Part shown: positions 39,317-49,024 of the stretch, piece by piece
How the letters are laid out: every line of letters begins with the position of its first letter
Numbering within the stretch: the first letter of the stretch is position 1
Virus record (IMG/VR): IMGVR_UViG_3300031918_000005
Span: 1-64,000 of that record
DNA: 64,000 nt
Strand: one strand, 5' to 3'
Source: a virus
Notes under the pieces: model-generated
Told to the model about the DNA's origin: nothing
Database searches by the model: none
The model's input: only the letters and a program-made list of their open reading frames with translations
Made by a program: the position numbers and the translations under genes

Positions 39317-41803
39317 ATGATTGATATAACTCAAAATATAATGATTTTTGAAAGCTTCAAAACACCAATGAAGCGTATCAATGAAGATGTTGAAAATAAG
39401 AAGAACGAATATATTTTTGAAGGTATTTGCGCAGATTTTTCTGATATAAACCGTAATGGTAGAACCTATGACAAAGAAGAATATTTGTCTTTTGTTAATG
39501 GTTCTCTTGCAGACCAAATAGCTCAAATGTCACTTGCTGGAAGTCTTGATCATCCTGAAGATGATGAAGATGAAGATAAGGATATTTTCACTCCAAAAAT
39601 GAAGGAACTTTCTCACGTTATCTTGGCGTTATGGTATGAAGAGGCAACACAACAAGTAAAAATAAAAATAAAATTACTTGATACTCATTTAGGTAAAGAT
39701 GCTAAGGCCTGTGCTGATGCTGGTATGCCTATTTATATTTCTTCAAGAGCTTCAGGTATTATTGACAAAACTGGTCAAGTTCATTTAGACAATATTCATA
39801 CTTATGATATAGTATATAAACCTGGATTTAAACAAGCAAAACTTGTTAGAGTTCTTGAATCCGCTGAAAACAATTCATCTTATGTAAAAATTTTTGAAAA
39901 TACTAGTACTATGACAACTTATTATATAATGTATGATTACAAAAAAGGTAAATATAGTTTTGGAGAAACAAAAGGAAGTTTACCTGAATGGCAAGAATTT
40001 ACAGGAAAAAGTTTTAATGATCAAAATCAAGCATCACTTTATTGTAAAAATGCTGATACATCAACTCCTGATGATTTTACACCAAATCAAGAATTGATTG
40101 ATAAATTTAAATCTCAAAATATCATGGAAAACGTATCAAAGCAAGAATTTGAATCCGCCATTGGTAAAATCAATGAGTCATTGATTTTAATTTCAAAATC
40201 ATTAGGTAGAAAGCCAAATAAATTCGTAATTAACGAATCAAAATTTACTAAAAGACTTAAAAGACTTCGTATCAACGAAGATGAGCAACTTGACAAACAA
40301 GATGTTGTGTCTTTAATCGTTGATGTAACAGATGCTCCTATAGAAGATGTTGCTAAAGCTATTACCGATGAAACAGTTGAGAAAATCAATGCAGTTCTTT
40401 CTGATGAGGATGTGTTTGATAAAGTTGTTGATATAGTTAAAGAAGATATGGATGAACTTGTCGGTGAAGCTGTTGAAAAAACTGAAACTGAAAAAACTGA
40501 TGAAGAATGGAAACAAGAGGCAATTAAATCCCTTGCTAAAACAAGAGGTATTTCTGAAGAAGATGCTACCACGCAAATAACAGATGAATTGATTGAAGCC
40601 TATAAAGAAAGTCAATCAAAATCTGAAAATGAAAATGAAACAGCTGAATCAATCAACGAATCATTAATTAAAAAATTTAACAGAACATTTCGTAAAATTT
40701 ATGAATCTGAAGAAACTCTTGGGGGGATAGTAAATTGGATGCATGAAGCCGATTTGAGAAGATTTAATCAATCACTTAAAAAAGTATGTGATAACGGTGA
40801 AACACTTTATTTTGGTGTACTTGGTGTTGGTGAACTTGAATTAAAGAAAAACACTGAAAGTAATACAATAGATATATCGAAGGAATCAGGTAGTGAAGGT
40901 GGTGAACCTACTTACACATTGGTTGGTTCTATTCCTTGTGACGATGTTATTGCTGTTGGTGAAAGCTTTAAGTCAAAATATATTAAAGAATCTGAAGAAA
41001 TTGGAAACGCTGAAAATTTTGTTGCTACATCTGATGCTCCAGCAGCTGAAAAGGTTTCTATCATTAAAACTTTTAATGATCTTTACGGTGCTGATAATGA
41101 TATTGTTGAAGGTGATGATGAACAAACAGTTGAGGCTTTCTTACAAGAACAAAATCAACTTACAGTTGAAGCAGTTTCTCAAAGAATTGACTTAACAAGC
41201 AAACAATTGTTTGATAAATCAAACCTTATTTCAAAAAGAGTTAATTCTGTTGTTGAATACATGAATGTTGTAGCTACAACCTTTAATGTTGTTAATGACA
41301 AAGTTGAAGCACAAGGAAAACAAATTGAAGCGTTGATACAACAATTACAGTTAGCTCAAACTAGAATCAATTCTGTTACAGAATACTGTAATATAATGGT
41401 TGCTGCTATGAATCAATCAATTGGTACACAAACCGAACAAACAGATACTATCAATGAAGCTAAAAAAGTTATTGAAAAGAGAAAGTCAATCTTTGAAAAT
41501 CTTGATAATAATATAAATAGAATAATTACAAACTCTGCTAATGGAAACGAAAACAAAACAAATAAGAATGGTGTTTTGATAAATGAAGTTCCATCAAAAT
41601 ATAGTAAGATTTTTGAATCTCTCGATGGGAAAATTCAAAATGAAATCAAAGCTTATGTGGTATTCAAAAACCCAAAATCGAATTTAGAACTTGATGCAAT
41701 TTATGAATCTCTAAATTTGGAAAAAGGTTCTAATTCGGCATTAATCTTTGAAAGCACTAATTTTGAATATAGCGATGATTTCATCGCTAATATGTGTGGT
41801 TAA
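39317..41803 (+). CDS. Prohead protease (T4 gp21-like) fused to scaffold/core protein
   Basis: EGI...NRNGR.Y...GSLDHP...SH.I...LLDT..G...ISSRASG...TYDIV..PGF, followed by an acidic coiled-coil with many I-x-E sites; directly precedes the MCP. Confidence 0.85.
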   Translation: MIDITQNIMIFESFKTPMKRINEDVENKKNEYIFEGICADFSDINRNGRTYDKEEYLSFVNGSLADQIAQMSLAGSLDHPEDDEDEDKDIFTPKMKELSHVILALWYEEATQQVKIKIKLLDTHLGKDAKACADAGMPIYISSRASGIIDKTGQVHLDNIHTYDIVYKPGFKQAKLVRVLESAENNSSYVKIFENTSTMTTYYIMYDYKKGKYSFGETKGSLPEWQEFTGKSFNDQNQASLYCKNADTSTPDDFTPNQELIDKFKSQNIMENVSKQEFESAIGKINESLILISKSLGRKPNKFVINESKFTKRLKRLRINEDEQLDKQDVVSLIVDVTDAPIEDVAKAITDETVEKINAVLSDEDVFDKVVDIVKEDMDELVGEAVEKTETEKTDEEWKQEAIKSLAKTRGISEEDATTQITDELIEAYKESQSKSENENETAESINESLIKKFNRTFRKIYESEETLGGIVNWMHEADLRRFNQSLKKVCDNGETLYFGVLGVGELELKKNTESNTIDISKESGSEGGEPTYTLVGSIPCDDVIAVGESFKSKYIKESEEIGNAENFVATSDAPAAEKVSIIKTFNDLYGADNDIVEGDDEQTVEAFLQEQNQLTVEAVSQRIDLTSKQLFDKSNLISKRVNSVVEYMNVVATTFNVVNDKVEAQGKQIEALIQQLQLAQTRINSVTEYCNIMVAAMNQSIGTQTEQTDTINEAKKVIEKRKSIFENLDNNINRIITNSANGNENKTNKNGVLINEVPSKYSKIFESLDGKIQNEIKAYVVFKNPKSNLELDAIYESLNLEKGSNSALIFESTNFEYSDDFIANMCG

Positions 41804-41843
41804 TCAATAAACAAAATTTTTAAACTGTTTAAAACCTACAATT

Positions 41844-43460
41844 ATGAATAATAATGTAAAACAAAAAATCTACGAGCGGTGGACACCAAAATTAGAAAAA
41901 CGCTTCGCTGACAAAGGTGTGAAAATCAATGAAAGCAAGTTAAAAACTATCGCTTTAATGGCGCATACTCGTTCAGTGTTTGAAGCTGCTACTACTGCTA
42001 ATACTCCTGGTAAGGGTATGTTCTCTTTTGGTAATAATCCAGCTGATGCAGGTGATGCTTCAAGAGGCAGTGCCGAAATGTTGCAAAAATTATTCGGTGT
42101 ATTTGTTGATGTATCTGCAGCTACTGCTGGTCTTGATTTGTTGACAACTTTGCCGATGACAAAATCATCTATTATGGTGGTGGTTGCTGAACCAGTTTAT
42201 GCTGGTGGTAAAAAAGATTCTATCACTGACCGCTTACCAGTTTTCCAAGTGAAAACTACTGGTACTGCTACTGCTCCTTATACTGCAGGTGCTACTATCG
42301 TTCTTGGTGACTTAACAGTCAAATTTGTTGGTAAACACTACTATAACGGTAATTATATCTTACAATTAGTATCTGTTGCCTCTGCCTCTGCCTCAAAAAC
42401 TGTTGCTGAAATCATTGATGACTTAGCTACTCCAGTTAACGGTTTAACTTATGATGCAACAACTGTTGATTATGTTAACGGTTTCACAAACTTTGTATCA
42501 GGTTTCACTGGTGCTGGTCATGACAATGATACACCACTTTCTACTTCTCGTAATAATGGTAAAACATTAGCAAGCCCATTATCTCGTGAAGTTGGTGAAA
42601 CTGCAAGTGTTAATAATTATTCTGCAAGAATGTGGAATGAAAACTTCTCTGCTGGTACTTACCATGCAACAGTTGATTTCACTATTGAACAAATCCAAGA
42701 TGCTAAAATGGATCATGATTTTGACATGCTTGAATTTGGTGATACCATTTTACAAGATGCTCTTGCTCAATCTTTGAACAACCATATCTTGAGTTATATT
42801 TTTGCTGCAGGATGGCAACATCATGTAAATGTGAATGCAGTAACAGGTAAATCTTTGAACTGTTACATTGCTCCTTCTTCTGAAACTTCAGGTGGATATT
42901 CCTTCGTTAACTTGAAAGAAGAAACTAAAACAATTGCAGGTACTGCAGGTGTTTTACCAGCTACTGGTGCTATTGCTGAAAACTTATCAACTTTACAACG
43001 CAGAATTGTTTCTCGTATGTATTACACAGCAAGTATCGTTAAAAATCGTGGTCGTAATGGCATCGCTAATACTTCTGTTATGAATGGTACAAATGCAACC
43101 GCAATTCGTGATGTAAAAGGTTATACCATTGCTCCAGTTGAAGGAGAAATTCTTGGTGGTGATAACAATCTTGGTTTGATCGGTAATGTTAATGGAATTA
43201 ACATTTATGAGGATGGTTTGATGGATTTGAGCGATGGTCGTATCTCTGTTTTCAAAAAATCATTAGAAGGTAAACCAGGACTTTTCTTCTGCCCTTATAT
43301 TTTAGCTGAAAAGGTTACAGCAGTTGTTGAAGGTTTGATGTCGCAAAAAAGCTTGTTGAAATCTCGTTACAGCATAGCTGTTGCAGGTTCACAACCTGAA
43401 TCGCAATATATGACTTTCGTTGTTGAAACGAATGTTGATGGTGGTTACGACTTAGTATAA
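41844..43460 (+). CDS. Major capsid protein (T4 gp23-like)
   Basis: Position after the protease; ERW.P.LE N-terminus; T.EQIQD; PGLFFCPYI; KSRY.I; strong codon bias; followed by a terminator. Confidence 0.9.
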   Translation: MNNNVKQKIYERWTPKLEKRFADKGVKINESKLKTIALMAHTRSVFEAATTANTPGKGMFSFGNNPADAGDASRGSAEMLQKLFGVFVDVSAATAGLDLLTTLPMTKSSIMVVVAEPVYAGGKKDSITDRLPVFQVKTTGTATAPYTAGATIVLGDLTVKFVGKHYYNGNYILQLVSVASASASKTVAEIIDDLATPVNGLTYDATTVDYVNGFTNFVSGFTGAGHDNDTPLSTSRNNGKTLASPLSREVGETASVNNYSARMWNENFSAGTYHATVDFTIEQIQDAKMDHDFDMLEFGDTILQDALAQSLNNHILSYIFAAGWQHHVNVNAVTGKSLNCYIAPSSETSGGYSFVNLKEETKTIAGTAGVLPATGAIAENLSTLQRRIVSRMYYTASIVKNRGRNGIANTSVMNGTNATAIRDVKGYTIAPVEGEILGGDNNLGLIGNVNGINIYEDGLMDLSDGRISVFKKSLEGKPGLFFCPYILAEKVTAVVEGLMSQKSLLKSRYSIAVAGSQPESQYMTFVVETNVDGGYDLV

Positions 43461-43477
43461 TCAACAATCCACATATA

Positions 43478-43513
43478 AAAAAAGTCCAACGAAATCAATC
43501 GTTGGACTTTTTT
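43478..43513. terminator. Bidirectional terminator after MCP
   Basis: AAAAAAGTCCAACGA-AATCAA-TCGTTGGACTTTTTT. Confidence 0.85.
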
Positions 43514-43539
43514 GTTATTTCTACACCGATAAAAATATT

Positions 43540-43839
43540 TTAATGTAAGGAACGTATATCGTCTACAGTTGGTGATATATCTTCATCTAATGTATTGAGA
43601 TAAGCTTCAAATTTTTCTATACCTTCACGCAATTTTTTAAATTTTTCTTTTGCTTCTTTTACACCGTTTTTATCCCTCAAAAGATTACCTCTCAAACGGA
43701 TACCAGTATTACAATCATGTATCCTGAATTTATATTCACCATTTGGATACATTTTTACATGATACATTGAACATGCTAAAATCGAATCTTTTATAAGAAA
43801 TTCCTTTTCATTATAGAATAATTCTGTACGTTCAGCCAT
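43540..43839 (-). CDS. Hypothetical protein inserted between capsid and sheath genes
   Basis: Opposite-strand ORF bounded by a terminator and an AT-rich spacer. Confidence 0.6.
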   Translation of the reverse strand: MAERTELFYNEKEFLIKDSILACSMYHVKMYPNGEYKFRIHDCNTGIRLRGNLLRDKNGVKEAKEKFKKLREGIEKFEAYLNTLDEDISPTVDDIRSLH

Positions 43840-43934
43840 ATTTGTTTATATTTTGTTGATTTTTATATATATTATTTTATATTATTTTCATTACTTATAT
43901 ATATGTCAATTCAACATATATCACACAATGTTAG

Positions 43935-43946
43935 TAAATAATTAAA
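43935..43946 (+). promoter_or_regulatory. Candidate late promoter TAAATAATTAAA
   Basis: 30 nt upstream of the sheath start. Confidence 0.55.
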
Positions 43947-43976
43947 TTTTTATTATTAATTAAACATTATTATACC

Positions 43977-46900
43977 ATGGCTAAAACAACGATTACGTTA
44001 AGTGACCTACGTTACAAATATCAGGGTGCTGGTGTTTGGACTATAATTGATGATGATTCGGCAACTCCTCAACCAGTTAATAACAAGCAAATATGTTTGG
44101 TAGCTGGCTCATCAAAAATAGGTCACATAAATAGACCTTTTTATGTTGAAAAAGGCGATATTAAAACTTTTAGAAATATGTTTGGCACAGTCGATAAAAG
44201 TCTTGAAAGAAAAGGATCATTCTTCCATCGTTCGGCAGAAATTGCACTTAAGGAATCTGCTATTCTTGCAATGAACTTAATTCCTTTAACAAACAATATT
44301 GATGATGGAGGTGATCCAACAGCTGATGCCGATACGGCACAATATCAATCTTTCTCCTTGGATTCCAATGCAAACAATTCTACCAAAAAAACAAAATTGT
44401 TAGCTAGTTATTACCAAAAAGAAAGATTTTATATTCCTTCAAAAGATTATTTATTGGCTACAAGAGATATAGCCGATAAATCAAAACTTCTTTCGCTTGT
44501 GAATTTAGGAAACCAAAAAATATCTTTCATAATCAAAAAATATGAAGCAAAAAGATATGATATTCAAGTTCGTGACTGGTATAAAGATGATGAAATCCCA
44601 GCATATTTAAATCCATCGGATTTAATTTCTGATTATTTTATTGAAATTATTGGTATTATTGGTGATTTTTCTTCAAATAAGTATGAATCATTATCTGTTG
44701 ATACAACTTTCAGTACATATTTCACAAAAGATGGTCTTATTGCTAGTCAAATTGAAAACTTCCTTGCTAACCAAGAAGTATCAACAAAATTTAGAGTGAG
44801 TGGCATTGTTATACCCAATTTTGTTGATAAAGATGGAACTAATTTATCTATTGATTCTCAAATCAATTCAGCAGTTCTTAATTTTGGTGTTATTTGTGCG
44901 ATCGATGAAGAACAACTCGACTCGTTTGAATATGGTGATGAAACTGGATATCTAGACCTTGTTGGCCATAGATTAATCAATAGTGATAAGACTTCTATTG
45001 ATATGTTGAGCTATAAGGCATCTTTAACAAATGCTTATACATTTGATACAGTTACAGAAAATGTTGCTAATTTTTTTGACACAGAAAGTTCTTACTTATC
45101 AATTACTTATTTACCTAAAAAGGCCGTCATTACAGTTTTAGCTGGATATGCTGGATTTGAAACTTTAAAAGGAAACTTGGAAGTTGGCCAAGTTATTATG
45201 GGTACAACAACTGCTGCTGGTATCACTGCTGGTATCACAGATGCTTCACAAGAACTTGTAATTAAAAGTGTTGCAAAATTCACAAATCAAGTTATCATAG
45301 AAGTTGGTAATACAAACAAAGATTTAGAAACCTCTATAAGTTATGTTGATATTAATGATGGTGCACTTTATATTTTATCATCACCAATATTCAAATTATA
45401 TTCAGATAATACTTACGCAATCGCTGGAAAAGATTCGGAATTTATGGCTGCATTCAATAATGGTTTCGTCAAAAATGGTGATAGAGTTGTTATTGGTGGT
45501 GTTGAACATTTTATCAATGTAACTAACATTATTGGTTATAACAATTATAGTGGTGTTAACACATTCGGTGAATACAACAGAATTGATGTTTATACAACAG
45601 AAGCTATGACAACTAAAGCTACTGCATTAGTTTTAGCTAACTTATTTGCTGTCGGTGTTGCAAGCTTTGTAGCCACTCAAGAGGTATTATCTTCAAGAGT
45701 TGAAATACTTGAGCAAACAAACCCAAACACTGTTGTTATTTCAAATACATACGCAAGTTCACTTGCAGTTGGGAAATACTTGGTTGGTGGTTCTGATACT
45801 GAAAATCCAATATTATCAAGAATTACTTCAATACGTAATACTATTGTTGGTAGTGGCTTGGTTAATAATGCATTGATTGTTACTTGTGCAGATACAATTA
45901 CAATTACTAACATTCTTGGCAATGATACAGTTGAGGTGTTTAACAAATTTGGTTCTGTTGCTATAAATTTAAGCGTATTTTGCTTGGATGGATTTAGAAT
46001 ACAACAAGCTTCTTTGCCTGATAAAACCAATGCAAGAGTTCAAAAAATTTATAAAACCATTACCGAAACTTCAATTGGTAATGCTCTAGTAGATCCTGAA
46101 TTGGTCAATTTCCGTTACTTCATAGATACATTCAATAATGGTCTTGAAGCAGGTAGTAAATCTTATTTAACAGCATTCTTTAAGCGTAGACAAAAATGTT
46201 TAGGTTTATTGAATACACCATCCATAAGCGAATTTAAAAATTCAACAAATCCAAGATTTACTACATCACCAACTGCTGAAGATCCGCTTCCTGAACTTAA
46301 TGTTGACTTCATAGTTACAGGTGGTAATATTGATGAAAACCCTGATTGGTTATATTCATTACCTAATGAGATTGATGGGGCTAGTTTTGCTGGTTACTTT
46401 TTCCCAAATATCAATGTTCGTGATTCCGATGGTACAACAAATTCTGTTCCACCTGCAGCTTTTGCTTCCAACGCATTTATGCGTAAATTTGGAACTGTCG
46501 ATGAACACAAGCCAGCTGCAGGTATCATAAGAGGTGTTATTTCGGGTGATGGTGTTACTGGAACAGATTACACTATGCTTGTCGATGAATACAGAACACT
46601 TATCGAATTTGGTATTAACCCGATTATTAGCAAAAGTGGTCAACTTGTAATTTACGGAAATGAAACATCTTATAAAAAGTACATTTCTGCTCTTAATAAC
46701 TTAAATGTTAGAGATTCATTAATCACTTTTGAGATTGATACAACAAATCTTATCGAGCCTTATGTATTTGATTTTAACGATGATATTATGCGCTCTACTT
46801 TGTCAACAATACTTCGCAAGTACTATGATACAATGAAAGATACTTATAGAATTCTTGAAAGTTATGAATTGATTTTTGATAGGAGTAATAATCCAGATGC

Positions 46901-47027
46901 TTTCATTGATGCTGGAGCAGCAATTGTTGATACAGTTGTTGTGTTCACTGGTATTGCTAAAAAGTTTATAAATAGAATAACAATTAAAGGAAGAACAGTT
47001 ACTTCTTCTTCTTTTATATCAATTTAA
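43977..47027 (+). CDS. Contractile tail sheath protein
   Basis: GAGVW..D.S; G.SKIG.IN.P; F..MFG; VPPAA..SN; AG..RG.I; GINPI; YGN.T; LNNLNVR; YVFDFN. Confidence 0.9.
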   Translation: MAKTTITLSDLRYKYQGAGVWTIIDDDSATPQPVNNKQICLVAGSSKIGHINRPFYVEKGDIKTFRNMFGTVDKSLERKGSFFHRSAEIALKESAILAMNLIPLTNNIDDGGDPTADADTAQYQSFSLDSNANNSTKKTKLLASYYQKERFYIPSKDYLLATRDIADKSKLLSLVNLGNQKISFIIKKYEAKRYDIQVRDWYKDDEIPAYLNPSDLISDYFIEIIGIIGDFSSNKYESLSVDTTFSTYFTKDGLIASQIENFLANQEVSTKFRVSGIVIPNFVDKDGTNLSIDSQINSAVLNFGVICAIDEEQLDSFEYGDETGYLDLVGHRLINSDKTSIDMLSYKASLTNAYTFDTVTENVANFFDTESSYLSITYLPKKAVITVLAGYAGFETLKGNLEVGQVIMGTTTAAGITAGITDASQELVIKSVAKFTNQVIIEVGNTNKDLETSISYVDINDGALYILSSPIFKLYSDNTYAIAGKDSEFMAAFNNGFVKNGDRVVIGGVEHFINVTNIIGYNNYSGVNTFGEYNRIDVYTTEAMTTKATALVLANLFAVGVASFVATQEVLSSRVEILEQTNPNTVVISNTYASSLAVGKYLVGGSDTENPILSRITSIRNTIVGSGLVNNALIVTCADTITITNILGNDTVEVFNKFGSVAINLSVFCLDGFRIQQASLPDKTNARVQKIYKTITETSIGNALVDPELVNFRYFIDTFNNGLEAGSKSYLTAFFKRRQKCLGLLNTPSISEFKNSTNPRFTTSPTAEDPLPELNVDFIVTGGNIDENPDWLYSLPNEIDGASFAGYFFPNINVRDSDGTTNSVPPAAFASNAFMRKFGTVDEHKPAAGIIRGVISGDGVTGTDYTMLVDEYRTLIEFGINPIISKSGQLVIYGNETSYKKYISALNNLNVRDSLITFEIDTTNLIEPYVFDFNDDIMRSTLSTILRKYYDTMKDTYRILESYELIFDRSNNPDAFIDAGAAIVDTVVVFTGIAKKFINRITIKGRTVTSSSFISI

Positions 47028-47046
47028 TTTATTCTAATATAAAATT

Positions 47047-47081
47047 AAAAAAGCCCATGACTAAAAATCATGGGCTTTTTT
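47047..47081 (+). terminator. Intrinsic terminator after sheath
   Basis: AAAAAAGCCCATGA...TCATGGGCTTTTTT. Confidence 0.85.
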
Positions 47082-47082
47082 A

Positions 47083-47112
47083 TTGATTATTCATATTGTG
47101 CTTTGATATAAA
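47083..47112 (+). promoter_or_regulatory. Candidate sigma70-like promoter TTGATT-N18-TATAAA
   Basis: Immediately after the terminator. Confidence 0.5.
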
Positions 47113-47120
47113 TTAAAAAA

Positions 47121-47276
47121 ATGGCTGAAGCAACAAATCTCAACATTACATTTTGTACAAATATTGAATGTACTTTATCTTGCAAAAGAAAAGATAAACC
47201 AAAAAAACACACCAAAAATGTTGTTTATAAGCTGTTTATGCCAGCAAGTGAGTTTATGTGTAAATTTAGAATTTAA
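47121..47276 (+). CDS. 51-aa Cys-containing protein missed by the ORF track
   Basis: MAEATNLNITFCTNIECTLSCKRK...MCKFRI*, directly after the promoter. Confidence 0.5.
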   Translation: MAEATNLNITFCTNIECTLSCKRKDKPKKHTKNVVYKLFMPASEFMCKFRI

Positions 47277-47286
47277 TATACTTAAT

Positions 47287-47901
47287 ATGAGGAATGATAG
47301 AATAATTTTCTTAAATGAAAATTTAGACCAATTTGATATAAGCACTTGTGAATATATAGGTATTGAAAAAGTTTCATCTATACCAAAGTATAATATAAAT
47401 AACGTAATAATTTTGAAATCTATAGATGATTTTGATACTGTTGAAGTTATGTTCCATTTCGTTGGTAAGACAAATGGAAAAAATTATTACTTCTTGATAA
47501 ATGACTTTGGATTTATGAAATATTCTGTGTATTTTTCTGAAAAATACAATTTACTCCCTATTATTGAAGAATATAATTCTGTGTCATTAAGTCTTCATGC
47601 GTACAATAATGCAATTAAAATTGATATTGATAGAGATGCATTGCATATCCAGCATAAACTTGGAATGTCAATACTTTCACTTGTTGATTTTAAAGATAAA
47701 TTATCAAAATACTATCCTGAAGTATACACATCATTTATCGATGAACTCGAAGATTTTTCCTACAAGATGATTATCAAAAAAGAAGATTTGAAAGATATTG
47801 ATGAAACCATGATGATCAAACTTCAAAAACAATTTAGTACAAAAACACTTGAAAATGGTTTTGTGGAATTTTATAAATTGAAATTCTCTTACGAAAAATA
47901 A
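47287..47901 (+). CDS. Hypothetical protein
   Basis: Start re-assigned to MRNDRII. Confidence 0.55.
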   Translation: MRNDRIIFLNENLDQFDISTCEYIGIEKVSSIPKYNINNVIILKSIDDFDTVEVMFHFVGKTNGKNYYFLINDFGFMKYSVYFSEKYNLLPIIEEYNSVSLSLHAYNNAIKIDIDRDALHIQHKLGMSILSLVDFKDKLSKYYPEVYTSFIDELEDFSYKMIIKKEDLKDIDETMMIKLQKQFSTKTLENGFVEFYKLKFSYEK

Positions 47902-47920
47902 TAATTTAATATTTAATATC

Positions 47921-48274
47921 ATGAAAGCTATTATCATTTCATTTACATTAAAAAATCAGGATTTTGGTAGAATAAAACCAGTAATTGAAAAAATTGCAAA
48001 AGAAAATCCTAATACAATCCTAATACATGGATTTTTACCGAGAAAAGAAGTTATTGAAAAGGGGTTTTCAACAGAAGTCGTTGATGTATTAGAATCAAAT
48101 TTTCCAGTTCAATTGAATATGTATGATAAAGGTGTACTAAGACTTGAAATGGGTTATATAGGTAAAAAACTTGGAGCTGAAGTACATATCATTGGTCAAA
48201 ACATTGATGGTGTATATGAAGAATGCCAACAATACTGTTGGAATAAGTTACCGATAATTCATCATACAATATAA
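47921..48274 (+). CDS. Hypothetical alpha/beta protein (possibly SLOG-like)
   Basis: TILIHG...VHIIG...GV..E. Confidence 0.45.
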   Translation: MKAIIISFTLKNQDFGRIKPVIEKIAKENPNTILIHGFLPRKEVIEKGFSTEVVDVLESNFPVQLNMYDKGVLRLEMGYIGKKLGAEVHIIGQNIDGVYEECQQYCWNKLPIIHHTI

Positions 48275-48349
48275 TACCAAGAACACTTCCCGACTTCACA
48301 TGATATATTTTCCTTTAATTCATACCATTTTGTCGGTGTTGAAATAAAC

Positions 48350-48384
48350 AAGAGGCTCTTCGAAATCAATGAAGAGCCTCTTTT
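48350..48384. terminator. Terminator between convergent genes
   Basis: AAGAGGCTCTTC-GAAATCAAT-GAAGAGCCTCTT. Confidence 0.8.
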
Positions 48385-48401
48385 GTATATGATTTATTTG
48401 T

Positions 48402-49022
48402 TTAATGAATCAACAATGAATTGATGTATTGATAATTGATAATTGACAAAAATCTACCAAGCGGTAATTCTTTAACAGTTTTTGAATCATCATTATTGAA
48501 GATGTAATATTTTGTATCTTTTGTGTTTAAATTTCTTACAATTTTGAAACATATGGTAGGTATCATAGTTTTTCCTATTTTTCCTATAAAATTATATCCA
48601 CCACATATTATCAATAAACTATCGGTTTGTGATAATTTTCTTATACTTGATTCATATTTACTCCAAATCCCTCTATTAAGATTTGGTCTTTGAGGTATTG
48701 TATTGTAAAATTTAAAAGTTGATTTTTCTTTATCACAATCGAATGCAAAATCTTCAGCATTACATAAATGACCTATATCATAACCCGAATGATTGTAATC
48801 GTCATAAGTTGAAGTTTGTAACACCTTATCAGATTCAAAATTCATACCTTTTCTACTACAAACACCACCACCTTTATAAAGCTTGTAAACCACAAACAAT
48901 GGTGTATGTGTTTTGTAGCTGTAATAGCTGGTATAAATTGGAGTTGTTATGATTGTGTCAACACTTTGAGAAAAACAAAGTGTTGACACAAATAAAAATA
49001 TCAATATTGACAATTTTTTCAT
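48402..49022 (-). CDS. Secreted DNA/RNA non-specific endonuclease (NucA/EndoG family)
   Basis: Signal peptide (LCFS|Q); SGYDIGHL..A.DF; TF.FYN..PQ...LNRG.W...E. Confidence 0.85.
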   Translation of the reverse strand: MKKLSILIFLFVSTLCFSQSVDTIITTPIYTSYYSYKTHTPLFVVYKLYKGGGVCSRKGMNFESDKVLQTSTYDDYNHSGYDIGHLCNAEDFAFDCDKEKSTFKFYNTIPQRPNLNRGIWSKYESSIRKLSQTDSLLIICGGYNFIGKIGKTMIPTICFKIVRNLNTKDTKYYIFNNDDSKTVKELPLGRFLSIINYQYINSLLIH

Positions 49023-49024
49023 AA

